Source: Gemmatimonadaceae bacterium
GTDB lineage: Bacteria; Gemmatimonadota; Gemmatimonadetes; Gemmatimonadales; Gemmatimonadaceae
Assembly (NCBI GenBank): GCA_044224875.1
Contig: JBGAJQ010000054.1
Span: forward strand, 1-36,762
Direction of reading: 5' to 3'
Length of the DNA stretch: 36,762 bases
The notes beneath the pieces are model-generated. The model was given only the letters and a program-made list of their open reading frames with translations. It was not told the origin of the DNA and searched no databases. Numbering within the stretch: the stretch's first letter is position 1; each line of letters starts with the position of its first letter. This document shows, piece by piece, positions 28,349 to 36,762 of this stretch. The position numbers and the translations under genes were made by a program.

Positions 28349-29707
28349 TCAGATCGCGACCGTGCTCGGTGCGCCTTCGTCATGCCACTTCTGGAGGGCC
28401 TGCCCCGCATCCTGAACTCGGCGACGCATCGGTTCGACGTCCACTCGCAATTGCCCGTCGCGAACCAGCTCCTTCCCGTCGATGAACACCGCTTTCGCCG
28501 GCCGGCCGGCCACCGAGTACACCAACGCGCTCCCCGGTTCGAAGGCGGGCACCTCACGAACGCCCTCGAGTGAAAACACGGCGAGATCGGCGGCTTTCCC
28601 AACTTCCAGCGACCCGACCTCTCGGGCCAAACCCAGGGCCCGCGCGCCGCCCAGCGTCGCCATCTCCAGACTCTGCGTCGCCCCGAGCACATCCGGGCTT
28701 CCCAGCCGCGCCCGTTGCATCAGCACTGCGGTGCGCGCCTCGTCCAACATGTCCATCCGGTTGTTGCTCGCCACCGAATCCGTGCCCAGACCCACCTGTA
28801 GTCCCAGCTGCAACATCTCGTGCAGCGGCGCGATGCCGTGACCCAGCTTGGCATTCGAGGCCGGGCAGTGGGCCACACCGCACCCGTGATCCATCATCCG
28901 GGTCATGTCCACGCCGCCCACGCGCACGCAGTGAATCAACAGCGGGCGCGTCCTGAGCACTCCGGTTCGCTCCAGCAACGCGATCGGTGACGTTGCCCTC
29001 GGCGCCACGTCGATGCCGCGGGAGCGCCACGCGTTCGCAAACGCCCCTTCCCCACTGCGCACGAGCTGCGACTCCGCCTCCGATTCCGCCACGTGAACCG
29101 CTACGGGCAGTTCTTCGGCGCGCGCCATTTCCGCAACGGCAGAGAACAGCGCGTCACTGACCGAATACGCGGCGTGCGGCGACACGCCGGTGCGCACGAG
29201 GTTCGAGTCGGATTTCCGTAAGTCGCGCACAGCGCGAGCCAAGTCGCTCATGACCGTGGAACACTGCGTCGGCTCGGGGCCAAAGACCTCCTGGTACACG
29301 ACGCCGCGAGCGCCGATCGTTCGCAGTGCTTCGTGGCCGACGCCGGAACTCGAGGTGTCGCCAAAGGACGTGATTCCGGCTTGCAGGCCCTCCGCGATCC
29401 CGACGATCGCCGACGCAAATAGCCGATCGCGATCGAGCACCTCGTGACGTGCCTTGGTCAGGCGCACAATCCACGGGCGAAACGGCAGATCCTCCAAGAA
29501 GCCACGCATCGCCGTGAGTTCCAGATGCGTGTGCGTGTTCACCAGCCCAGGCATGAGCACCGCATTGCCGAAGGTGCGCATTTCCACCGTCGGCGCCGAC
29601 GACATGGTCCCGACGTAGACGATGCGTCCCTTGCTGACGGTGACGCAGCCGTCATGAATTGGTGGACCCGAGATGGGCACCACCCATCTCGCGTGGTAGC
29701 TGATCAC
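28349..29707 (-). CDS. Metal-dependent amidohydrolase (MTA/SAH or aminodeoxyfutalosine deaminase-like)
   Basis: PGLVNTHTHLEL, SPHAAYSVS, HVAES, HCPASN, GTDSVASN, GSLEVGKAADL. Confidence 0.88.
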   Translation of the reverse strand: MISYHARWVVPISGPPIHDGCVTVSKGRIVYVGTMSSAPTVEMRTFGNAVLMPGLVNTHTHLELTAMRGFLEDLPFRPWIVRLTKARHEVLDRDRLFASAIVGIAEGLQAGITSFGDTSSSGVGHEALRTIGARGVVYQEVFGPEPTQCSTVMSDLARAVRDLRKSDSNLVRTGVSPHAAYSVSDALFSAVAEMARAEELPVAVHVAESEAESQLVRSGEGAFANAWRSRGIDVAPRATSPIALLERTGVLRTRPLLIHCVRVGGVDMTRMMDHGCGVAHCPASNAKLGHGIAPLHEMLQLGLQVGLGTDSVASNNRMDMLDEARTAVLMQRARLGSPDVLGATQSLEMATLGGARALGLAREVGSLEVGKAADLAVFSLEGVREVPAFEPGSALVYSVAGRPAKAVFIDGKELVRDGQLRVDVEPMRRRVQDAGQALQKWHDEGAPSTVAI

Positions 29708-29792
29708 GCCGTACCTCCGACCGTTGAGCCCTGAGCTTCGTACAGAGCTTGGCGGCTCGGTAGTGGATCTGTCAACGAACGGGAATTCGGGA

Positions 29793-31994
29793 TCACTGTG
29801 GGATCTTGAAAGGATTGGCTGTGTCCTTCGGCGTCTTCCCCGACTTGGGCAGCGGAAGTGGCACGTGGGCCGCCGCGGGTCCGTCCAGCGGGTGCTCGGC
29901 CGGTGCGCTCGGGATGGAGAACGGATTCGTCATTGAGTTTCCACATCCATTGCCGACATCGGTGCCGGGAATGAAGTACTCGACGAACGCGTGGTCAGTC
30001 CCGCATGACACTTCGCGAGCGACAATGCTCTCCGGCCGTGGCCAGTCGGGCGGGGTTGGCCTGCGCCGATACGCCTCGACCATGAAGCTCGTGTAAGCCG
30101 GCGCGGCTAGCCGCCCTCCCTGGGCGTTAGGCATGATCTTCTTTGGCTTGTCAAAGCCCATCCACACGCCGGCCACGAGATCGGCGGTGTAGCCGACGTA
30201 CCAGACGTCCGCGCCATCGTTCGTAGTGCCGGTCTTCCCCGCGGAAGGAACGCGGAATCCCGCGCCCCAGACGCTCCCAGCCGCCGTTCCGCGCTGCACC
30301 ACGTCCTTCATCATGCTGACCATCAGCCACGCCTCGGCCGGCGATAGAACGGTGTTCAGCCGTGGTTGCGGCTTCCAAAGCACGTTGCCGTCCGCGTCCT
30401 CCACCCGCACAATGCCCATCGGCGAGGTTCGGATGCCGAGGTTCGCGAAGGTCGTGTAGCCACCGATCAACTCGATCGGGTACACGTCGGCAGACCCGAT
30501 GTGAATCGACGGATACGGCGGCACAGGCGTGGTGAGTCCGAAGCGCCGCGCCTCGTCGATGACGGTTTGTTCGCCGAGTTCCATGCCGACCTTGATGGCG
30601 ATGAGGTTCCGCGACTGCATCAGTCCGCGGCGGATCGTCATCGGCCCCTCGTACTTGGCGTCGTAGTTCTGCGGCGTCCAGGTTGAACCATCCTGCTGCG
30701 GCACGGAGATCGGCGAATCGTCGATGATGGTGGCGGGCGTCATGCCATGCTGCATGGCCGCTGCGTAGACGATTGGCTTGAACGTCGATCCCGGTTGGCG
30801 GAGTGCCTGGGTCGCCCGGTTGAACTTGGAGTCGTCGAAATCGCGGCCTCCGATGAGCGCGCGGACAGCGCCGTCGCGCGGATCGATGGCGATGAAGGCG
30901 CCCTGCAGATAGGGCGACTCCGCTTCGGCGCCTTCCTCGCGCGTGCTGCCGCGAGCGACGTACTGCTCGAAGGACTGGTACTTGAAGTTGCCGTACTTCC
31001 CAGCCTCCACGGCCCGCAGCTGATTCTCCAAGGCACGGTCCGCGGCGGATTGCATATCAAGGTCGAGCGTGGTGTACACGCGCAGGCCCTGCTCGTAGAC
31101 GCGTTCGCCGAAACGGCTTTCGAGCTGGCGGCGAACCCAGTCGACGAAGTACGGGGCGACGTCTCCTGACTCCTCCCGTCGCGCCAAGCGCAGGGGGTAC
31201 GCTCGGGCCAGTGAGGCGTCGGCCTCGTCCACCGCACCCTCATTGGTCATGAGCGCAATGATGGTGTTGCGTCGCTGAATCGCCCGGTCGGGGTATCGTC
31301 GCGGGTTGTAGCGGCCTGGCGCCTTGGGCAGCGCAGCCAGGGTCGCCGCTTCCGCCAAGTTCAATTCCCGAACCGTCTTGCCGAAGTAGCGCTGCGAGGC
31401 TGTCTCTACCCCGTACGCCCCGCTTCCGAGATTGATCTGGTTCAGGTACAACTCGAGGATGTGATCCTTCGAATACTTCGACTCGATCGCCCGCGCCACG
31501 CGGATCTCCTTCAACTTGCGAACGATCGACTTCTCCCGCGAGATCTGGTCCGGGAAAACGTTCCTCGCCAGCTGCATCGTGATGGTGGAGAATCCCTGCG
31601 CGAAGGAACCCGCCATCACGTTGTGAAATACCGAGCCGGGAATCCGCAACCAGTCGATCCCCGAGTGCGAATAGAATCGCTTGTCCTCCGTTATGACGAA
31701 GGCATCGCGCACGATCTTCGGGATGTCTTTCAGCTCCACCAACGTTCGGCGCTCCAGCCCGATCTCGGCCACGAAGCGCCCATCCACAGCGTACAGCCGA
31801 GACGTTTGGCGCGGCGAATAGCTCTCGAGAATACCGATACTCGGACAGCGCGTCCCGGCGCAGACCAGGCGCCATGTGGCATAGACAGCCCCCGCACCGG
31901 TCGCCGCAAGAAACGTGACGGATACCGCCAACGCCCTCGCGAAACGTGGGTTCCGCGAGAAGAACGCGAAGAGTCGGCGAGAGCGAGCAGCCAT
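29793..31994 (-). CDS. Class A penicillin-binding protein (PBP1A family)
   Basis: TM anchor; EDKRFYSH, GFSTITMQLARN, RKLKE, ILELYLN; transpeptidase STFK, SRN, KTGT. Confidence 0.95.
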   Translation of the reverse strand: MAARSRRLFAFFSRNPRFARALAVSVTFLAATGAGAVYATWRLVCAGTRCPSIGILESYSPRQTSRLYAVDGRFVAEIGLERRTLVELKDIPKIVRDAFVITEDKRFYSHSGIDWLRIPGSVFHNVMAGSFAQGFSTITMQLARNVFPDQISREKSIVRKLKEIRVARAIESKYSKDHILELYLNQINLGSGAYGVETASQRYFGKTVRELNLAEAATLAALPKAPGRYNPRRYPDRAIQRRNTIIALMTNEGAVDEADASLARAYPLRLARREESGDVAPYFVDWVRRQLESRFGERVYEQGLRVYTTLDLDMQSAADRALENQLRAVEAGKYGNFKYQSFEQYVARGSTREEGAEAESPYLQGAFIAIDPRDGAVRALIGGRDFDDSKFNRATQALRQPGSTFKPIVYAAAMQHGMTPATIIDDSPISVPQQDGSTWTPQNYDAKYEGPMTIRRGLMQSRNLIAIKVGMELGEQTVIDEARRFGLTTPVPPYPSIHIGSADVYPIELIGGYTTFANLGIRTSPMGIVRVEDADGNVLWKPQPRLNTVLSPAEAWLMVSMMKDVVQRGTAAGSVWGAGFRVPSAGKTGTTNDGADVWYVGYTADLVAGVWMGFDKPKKIMPNAQGGRLAAPAYTSFMVEAYRRRPTPPDWPRPESIVAREVSCGTDHAFVEYFIPGTDVGNGCGNSMTNPFSIPSAPAEHPLDGPAAAHVPLPLPKSGKTPKDTANPFKIPQ

Positions 31995-32150
31995 GAAGGG
32001 TTCAGCGAGAGCCAGCGGTCACGATCGGCGTCGGAGCCCGGCCGGACCCGGGGGAGAGAAAGTAACCCGTGGCAAAAAGCGCAGCAACGAATCTCGGCGC
32101 AACACCGCGCCTATCGGTGACTTGGCGCACCTTTCGCTTATCTTCCGGCC

Positions 32151-33473
32151 ATGATGAATCGCGCGTCTTTTCACAGCGAACTCGCCTGGCGTGGGCTCCT
32201 CTACCAGAGCACGGAGGGTGCAGAAGCGGCCATGAGCGCGGGGCCCGTGCTCGGCTACTGCGGCTTTGACCCAACCGCCCCGAGCCTCCACGTCGGGAAC
32301 CTCGTTCCGGTCATGGGTCTGGTGCACCTGCAGCGCGCTGGTCACCGGCCGATCGTCCTGGTGGGTGATGGCACGGGCATGATCGGCGATCCCAGTGGCC
32401 GCACGTCGGAGCGACCGCTCGCCGACGAGGCCACGATCACGGCCAACGCGCAGGGCATCCGCGGACAGCTCGAGCACTTCCTCGACTTCTCGGGGCCGCG
32501 CGGTGCGCTGATGCGTAACAATGCCGCCTGGCTCACGCCGCTCGGCTTGATCGCTTTTCTCCGCGATGTAGGCAAGCACTTCAGCATCAACCTCATGCTC
32601 GCGAAGGACTCGGTGCGGTCGCGACTGGAGACTGGCATCACCTACACGGAGTTTTCCTACATGCTCCTCCAGGCCTACGACTTTGCCGAGTTGTGCCGCA
32701 CGGAGGGCGCCACGCTGCAGATCGGCGGCAGCGACCAGTGGGGGAACATCACAGCGGGAACGGAGCTCATCCGGCGTACGTTAGGCGTCGATGCGCATGG
32801 CGTCACCCTGCCACTGGTCACGAATGCCGACGGCAAGAAGTTCGGAAAGTCGGAGGGCGGGAACATCTGGCTCGACCCCGAACGTACCTCGCCCTACCGG
32901 TTCTATCAGTTCTGGATCAACTCGGACGACCGTGACGTGGGCCGCAACCTCCGCTATTTCACGCTGAAGACGCAGCCGGAGGTCGAGGCGCTGGAACAGG
33001 CCATGGCCCAGTCGCCCGAAGGGCGAGAGGCACAACAGGCGCTGGCCATGGATGTCACCTCTCGGGTACATGGGGACGAGGCGGCCCGCACCGCACGTGA
33101 CGTATCGCGCATCCTGTTCGACAAGCGCGCCGATCCACGGGATCTCAGTGCGCAAGCACTTCGCGCCATCGAGCGTGAGGTTCCGTTTGCCGCGGTTCCT
33201 CCGATCGGTGCGACGGACGGGGCGGCCGAGCCCGGGCTGGACGTGGTGGATGGGTTGGTGCGGCTGGGGTTGGTGAAGTCGAAGTCGGACGCGCGCCGGC
33301 AGCTCCAACAGGGAGCGGTCACGGTGAATGGACGCCGACTTGGCACCGAGGAAGCGTCGGTGCCATTGGGCGAGGCGTTACACGGCGCCTATTTCCTGCT
33401 GCGCAAGGGAAGCCGCGACATCGGGCTCCTCCGCGCCTCCGCTCACGTCGAGGTCCCTGAGTCGCGAGCATGA
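32151..33473 (+). CDS. tyrS: Tyrosine--tRNA ligase
   Basis: YCGFDPTAPSLHVGN, GMIGDPSG, QAYDF, QIGGSDQWGNI, KFGKS, C-terminal S4 domain. Confidence 0.97.
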   Translation: MMNRASFHSELAWRGLLYQSTEGAEAAMSAGPVLGYCGFDPTAPSLHVGNLVPVMGLVHLQRAGHRPIVLVGDGTGMIGDPSGRTSERPLADEATITANAQGIRGQLEHFLDFSGPRGALMRNNAAWLTPLGLIAFLRDVGKHFSINLMLAKDSVRSRLETGITYTEFSYMLLQAYDFAELCRTEGATLQIGGSDQWGNITAGTELIRRTLGVDAHGVTLPLVTNADGKKFGKSEGGNIWLDPERTSPYRFYQFWINSDDRDVGRNLRYFTLKTQPEVEALEQAMAQSPEGREAQQALAMDVTSRVHGDEAARTARDVSRILFDKRADPRDLSAQALRAIEREVPFAAVPPIGATDGAAEPGLDVVDGLVRLGLVKSKSDARRQLQQGAVTVNGRRLGTEEASVPLGEALHGAYFLLRKGSRDIGLLRASAHVEVPESRA

Positions 33474-33487
33474 CCTGAAGGGCGGTC

Positions 33488-33593
33488 CGCGGATCGGGGC
33501 CGCGCGTGGAATGGTGCGTCTCGCGGGTTTGGGCCGTGCATGCCATGGCGCGGCTCGCGGGTCGGGGCGGCGCGTGGAATGGCGCGGCCCGCG
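33488..33593. repeat. Three tandem imperfect 34 bp palindromic repeats (REP-like)
   Basis: 33488 CGCGGATCGGGGCCGCGCGTGGAATGGTGCGTCT; 33522 CGCGGGTTTGGGCCGTGCATGCCATGGCGCGGCT; 33556 CGCGGGTCGGGGCGGCGCGTGGAATGGCGCGGCC; then CGCG. Confidence 0.8.
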
Positions 33594-33609
33594 TCTGGCT
33601 CCGAGTCGC

Positions 33610-34758
33610 TCAGGAAGCGATCAGGTACAACGCACGGTCCAGCGATTCTTCGCTGGTATAGAAATGCGGTGACAACCGAATGGCCCCCTCGCGCAGGGAA
33701 TGGGCAATGCCCGAGGCTTCCAGCCGCCGGCAGACGCCCTCCGGATCGGGCGGGATGACCGACACGATCCCGGCGCGCGCCGCCGGATCGGACGGCGTCA
33801 CCAGCGTGATGTCCCGCTGACGCTGCGCCCACTGCACGATCTGGTCGGCGCGGGCCCGCACCAGCTCAAACACATGGGCCAACCCCACTTCCAGGAACAT
33901 GTCGAACGTACCCGTCATGCCCGCAAAGTCCTGGAACGGCAAGGTCACCATCTCGAACCGGCGCGCGTCGTCGAAGAAATCCAGTGAATAGTCGAGGAAC
34001 CGGCCGAAGTCCGTGGACGACCGCACCGCCAGCCACCCCACGTCCGTGGGTTCGAGCTGCCCGATGAGCTCGCGACGCACATACACAAAGCCGGTTCCCC
34101 ACGGTGAGAGCAACCACTTCTGCGCCCCGCTGGCCAGGATATCGATGTGACACGCTCGTACATCGAGCGGTGCCGCCCCCACGCCCTGGATGCCATCCAC
34201 CACGAAGTAGATCCCTCGCTCGCGACACGCCGCGCCCAACCTCGCCAGGTCCAACCGCTTTCCCGTCTCGAATGAGACCCACGATACCGCCAGCACCTTC
34301 ACGTTCGGCTTCTCGATGGCCGCCAGCATCGCGTCTTCGTCGGCCAGGCGACCGCGGCATGGCACGCGGTGGAAGTGCACCCCCTTGGCCCGTTCCAGCG
34401 CCATCCACGGATACACATTGGCAGGAAATTCCCGGTCGCTGCCCACCACGACGTCGCCCGCATTCAGCGGCAACGAACGCGCCGCGAAATTGACGCCGTA
34501 TCCCGTGTTGACCATCATCGCGATCTCGTCCTCACCCGCTCCGATGAACTGGGCTGCCTGCATTCGTCCCTTGGTCAGGATCCCGAACTGCCGCTCGAGC
34601 GTGATGCGCCACGGTTCTGCGCGCAACGACGTCCACTCCTCGATCTGCGCCACGCAGCGGCGCGGCAGCGGGCCCGTGGCCGCATGGTTCAAGTAGACGA
34701 CATCGGGGCGAAGAGTGAACGGGTACTCCTGGGCTCGTAGCCGGTCCAAGGATGTCAA
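33610..34758 (-). CDS. Class V PLP-dependent aminotransferase (cysteine desulfurase/isopenicillin N epimerase-like)
   Basis: YLNHAATGP, EFPANVYPW, VDGIQGVG, GAQKWLLSPWG, IRLSPHFY; TTG 34758 with AAGGA RBS (ORF open from 34791). Confidence 0.9.
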   Translation of the reverse strand: MTSLDRLRAQEYPFTLRPDVVYLNHAATGPLPRRCVAQIEEWTSLRAEPWRITLERQFGILTKGRMQAAQFIGAGEDEIAMMVNTGYGVNFAARSLPLNAGDVVVGSDREFPANVYPWMALERAKGVHFHRVPCRGRLADEDAMLAAIEKPNVKVLAVSWVSFETGKRLDLARLGAACRERGIYFVVDGIQGVGAAPLDVRACHIDILASGAQKWLLSPWGTGFVYVRRELIGQLEPTDVGWLAVRSSTDFGRFLDYSLDFFDDARRFEMVTLPFQDFAGMTGTFDMFLEVGLAHVFELVRARADQIVQWAQRQRDITLVTPSDPAARAGIVSVIPPDPEGVCRRLEASGIAHSLREGAIRLSPHFYTSEESLDRALYLIAS

Positions 34759-34909
34759 CGTGAATTCCTTGCGAATGGTGGAAGTGCGCACCGCGACTGC
34801 AACCTAACGCCACCCGCCGTGCCCCGGCGAACCGTGGAGCTCCTCATTTCTGCTTGCTGACCACGAGCGCCAACACCGGGCGCCGTCAGCGATTGACCGA
34901 TCGCGCGCG

Positions 34910-35860
34910 TCAGCGCGGTTCACGCAGTTCTTCCGGGGTATCGGGAGGCTGGCGACGCCAGCGGCGATGGTGCCAGAAGTACTGCTCGGGATACCGGCGA
35001 ACGTACCGCTCCAGCACTCTCGTGAACGACGCGACGGCCTCGTCCACGTCCCGCTCACGTTCTCCGCTGGGCGTGACGGGAACGGGTTCGATCACGACAT
35101 GATACCGCCCCTCCGGCTGCAACACGGCCACGACGAATATCATGGGAAGCCCGTACTTGAGCGCGAACACGGCCGGCCCACGAGGCGTCTTGGCCGGACG
35201 CCCGAAGAAGGGGACGAAGGTGGACGCCAGCCCCAACACCCCCTGATCGGCGACAAAGCCCACGGCACGCCCCTCACGAAAGGCACGGGGTACGCGCCGC
35301 ACGGCGTCGGCATCTGGCACCACGTACAACCCAAGCGCCTGCCGGGACTTCGTGATCCACGCGTCAAAGAGCGGATTCGCTTGTCGGCGCGTGATCACGT
35401 CCAACGGCACGCCACGCGCCGCCAGCCACGCGGCCGATAACTCCCAGTTCCCCAAGTGGCCGGTGACGAGCACCACCCCACGGCCGGCTGCGAGCGCATC
35501 GTTGATCGGTGTGAGATCATCGTGGCTGCTGACGAGGGAGAGCACTCCGTCGCTCCCGCGTTTGGCGGTCAGCGCCGATTCGATCGCTGTGCGTCCCAGG
35601 CTGCGATAGGCGCCACGAGCGATGCCGCTCACCTCACGATCGGACAACCCCGGAAAGGCCGCGGCAATCTGCCGGGTGACCACGCGCCGACGGATGCCAA
35701 GGGGGCGATACCCCAGCAAGCCTAACGCCTCGCCCCATCGCCTCGCCCAACTAAATGGGACCACTCCCAGCGCCCCGACGACGATGCGGAGCGCCCCATA
35801 CTGCAGACGATGCGCGAGCGAAACCCGCGACGGTGCTTCACCGCGTGGTCCCTTGCTCAT
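34910..35860 (-). CDS. Lipid A biosynthesis (LpxL/HtrB-like) lysophospholipid acyltransferase
   Basis: TGHLGNWEL, ADQ, VPFFGRPA.T, R.YPEQYFWHHRRW. Confidence 0.9.
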   Translation of the reverse strand: MSKGPRGEAPSRVSLAHRLQYGALRIVVGALGVVPFSWARRWGEALGLLGYRPLGIRRRVVTRQIAAAFPGLSDREVSGIARGAYRSLGRTAIESALTAKRGSDGVLSLVSSHDDLTPINDALAAGRGVVLVTGHLGNWELSAAWLAARGVPLDVITRRQANPLFDAWITKSRQALGLYVVPDADAVRRVPRAFREGRAVGFVADQGVLGLASTFVPFFGRPAKTPRGPAVFALKYGLPMIFVVAVLQPEGRYHVVIEPVPVTPSGERERDVDEAVASFTRVLERYVRRYPEQYFWHHRRWRRQPPDTPEELREPR

Positions 35861-36762
35861 GGCATGGTCCGAGGCAGATCGATCGCCACTTCGCGCGCGA
35901 AGGCTATGGTTTCTCGGGCGACGCGATCCCAGTTGAGTCGTTCGACCACCGCTTGCCGCGCCGCTGCCCCCAGCCGTCGACGTCGCTCGTCATCGCCTAA
36001 CAACTGGCGCAACGCCAAAACGACCTGCTCGACGTTCTCGGGTGGAACCACCAAACCCGTCTCGCCATCGCGAACCGCGGAGCGCACCCCGCCAGAGTCA
36101 CCCGCCACCGATGGCACGCCGCTCGCACCCGCCTCGACGAACGAGATGCCGAATCCTTCGGCGTTGATGTCGTTGTGCACGCGGGACAGGCCCACGTACA
36201 CCGTGGCGGTGGCATACGCTTCGGCAATCTCAGCGTCCGAGACGGCGCCCGCGAAGATCACCCGGTCCCCCACGCCGCGTGACGCCGCCAACGCGCGCAA
36301 CCGCGCTTCGTCGTCGCCCGTGCCGATGATCGCGTACCGCAGCGTTGGAAACTCCTCGCGCAGCCGTGACAATGCTTCGATCGCGATGTCTTGTCCCTTG
36401 TGTGGCACCAGGCGCGCTACCGTCAGGAGCAACGTTTCATCCGTAAGGCCCCAGGTGTGCCGCAGCTGGCGACGATCGTTCCCCGGATGGAACTGCGCCG
36501 GGTCGGTCCCCAGCGCAATCACCCCCACCGGCGGTGGCTGTTGCAGTTCGAGGCGGTCCAGCAACGTGCGCGTGACGTCTGCCGTCCAGTCAGAAATGGC
36601 GATGACGCCGCGTGCGCTACCGAGGATCGCACGGGCGGTCGCCCGCTTCAACGGACTCGACTGCGTCTTGCGGAGCTCGCGCAGCACGTCGCCACCGTAC
36701 ACGTACACGACGAACGGGAGCCTTACGCGACGGACCGCCATCCAGACGGCGTAGCCGCAGGG
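35857..36762 (-). CDS. Glycosyltransferase family 4 (5' end beyond the window)
   Basis: VARLVPHKGQD, EGFGISFVEAGASGVP.V.G.SGG, DGETG; frame open to the window edge; ATGA overlap with the acyltransferase. Confidence 0.92.
   Translation of the reverse strand, partial: PCGYAVWMAVRRVRLPFVVYVYGGDVLRELRKTQSSPLKRATARAILGSARGVIAISDWTADVTRTLLDRLELQQPPPVGVIALGTDPAQFHPGNDRRQLRHTWGLTDETLLLTVARLVPHKGQDIAIEALSRLREEFPTLRYAIIGTGDDEARLRALAASRGVGDRVIFAGAVSDAEIAEAYATATVYVGLSRVHNDINAEGFGISFVEAGASGVPSVAGDSGGVRSAVRDGETGLVVPPENVEQVVLALRQLLGDDERRRRLGAAARQAVVERLNWDRVARETIAFAREVAIDLPRTMP

Noticed and set aside
33488..33593. CRISPR array (34 bp palindromic repeats)
   Set aside because: Units are directly adjacent with no unique spacers, are degenerate, and no cas genes are present
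1..36762. Many long overlapping or antisense ORFs in the track (e.g. 548..1228, 4119..5132, 8017..8982, 21534..22718, 27114..28301, 35810..36754)
   Set aside because: They are shadow ORFs expected at high GC: Arg/Pro/Ala-rich, motif-free and overlapping well-supported genes

Overview
GC-rich bacterial chromosomal window; Gemmatimonadota-like by gene content and protein style (an inference, not a database result). It is mostly housekeeping: L,D-transpeptidase, a degenerate archease-like gene, a stand-alone Cys-type formate dehydrogenase alpha subunit, SDR, methyltransferase, tdh-kbl, NTF2-like protein, M14 peptidase, outer-membrane beta-barrel, hybrid PAS histidine kinase, mpg, NYN-LOTUS RNase, yjbQ, HNH nuclease, ilvE, amidohydrolase, PBP1A, tyrS, class V aminotransferase, lipid A-type acyltransferase and a partial GT4. 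The most unusual block is a co-oriented cluster at 19994-26502. It holds an NtrY-like kinase, three tandem paralogous single-TM/coiled-coil proteins sharing an 'RxEQAxxAxAIEVERxSExQR(F/Y)xTK' motif, an NtrX/NtrC-like sigma54 regulator, a beta-helix plus outer-membrane-barrel protein and a DUF4390-like protein. This is a candidate uncharacterised envelope-sensing system. The stretch 22.6-25.9 kb is full of indels, and kbl has a single homopolymer frameshift; both are most likely long-read errors. Non-coding highlights are a heavily structured ~300 nt leader ahead of the NYN RNase, a structured leader ahead of a 50-codon ORF, a 3x34 bp palindromic tandem repeat, and a near-consensus sigma70 promoter facing an unexplained ~580 nt region. 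I saw no rRNA, tRNA, CRISPR array or mobile element.
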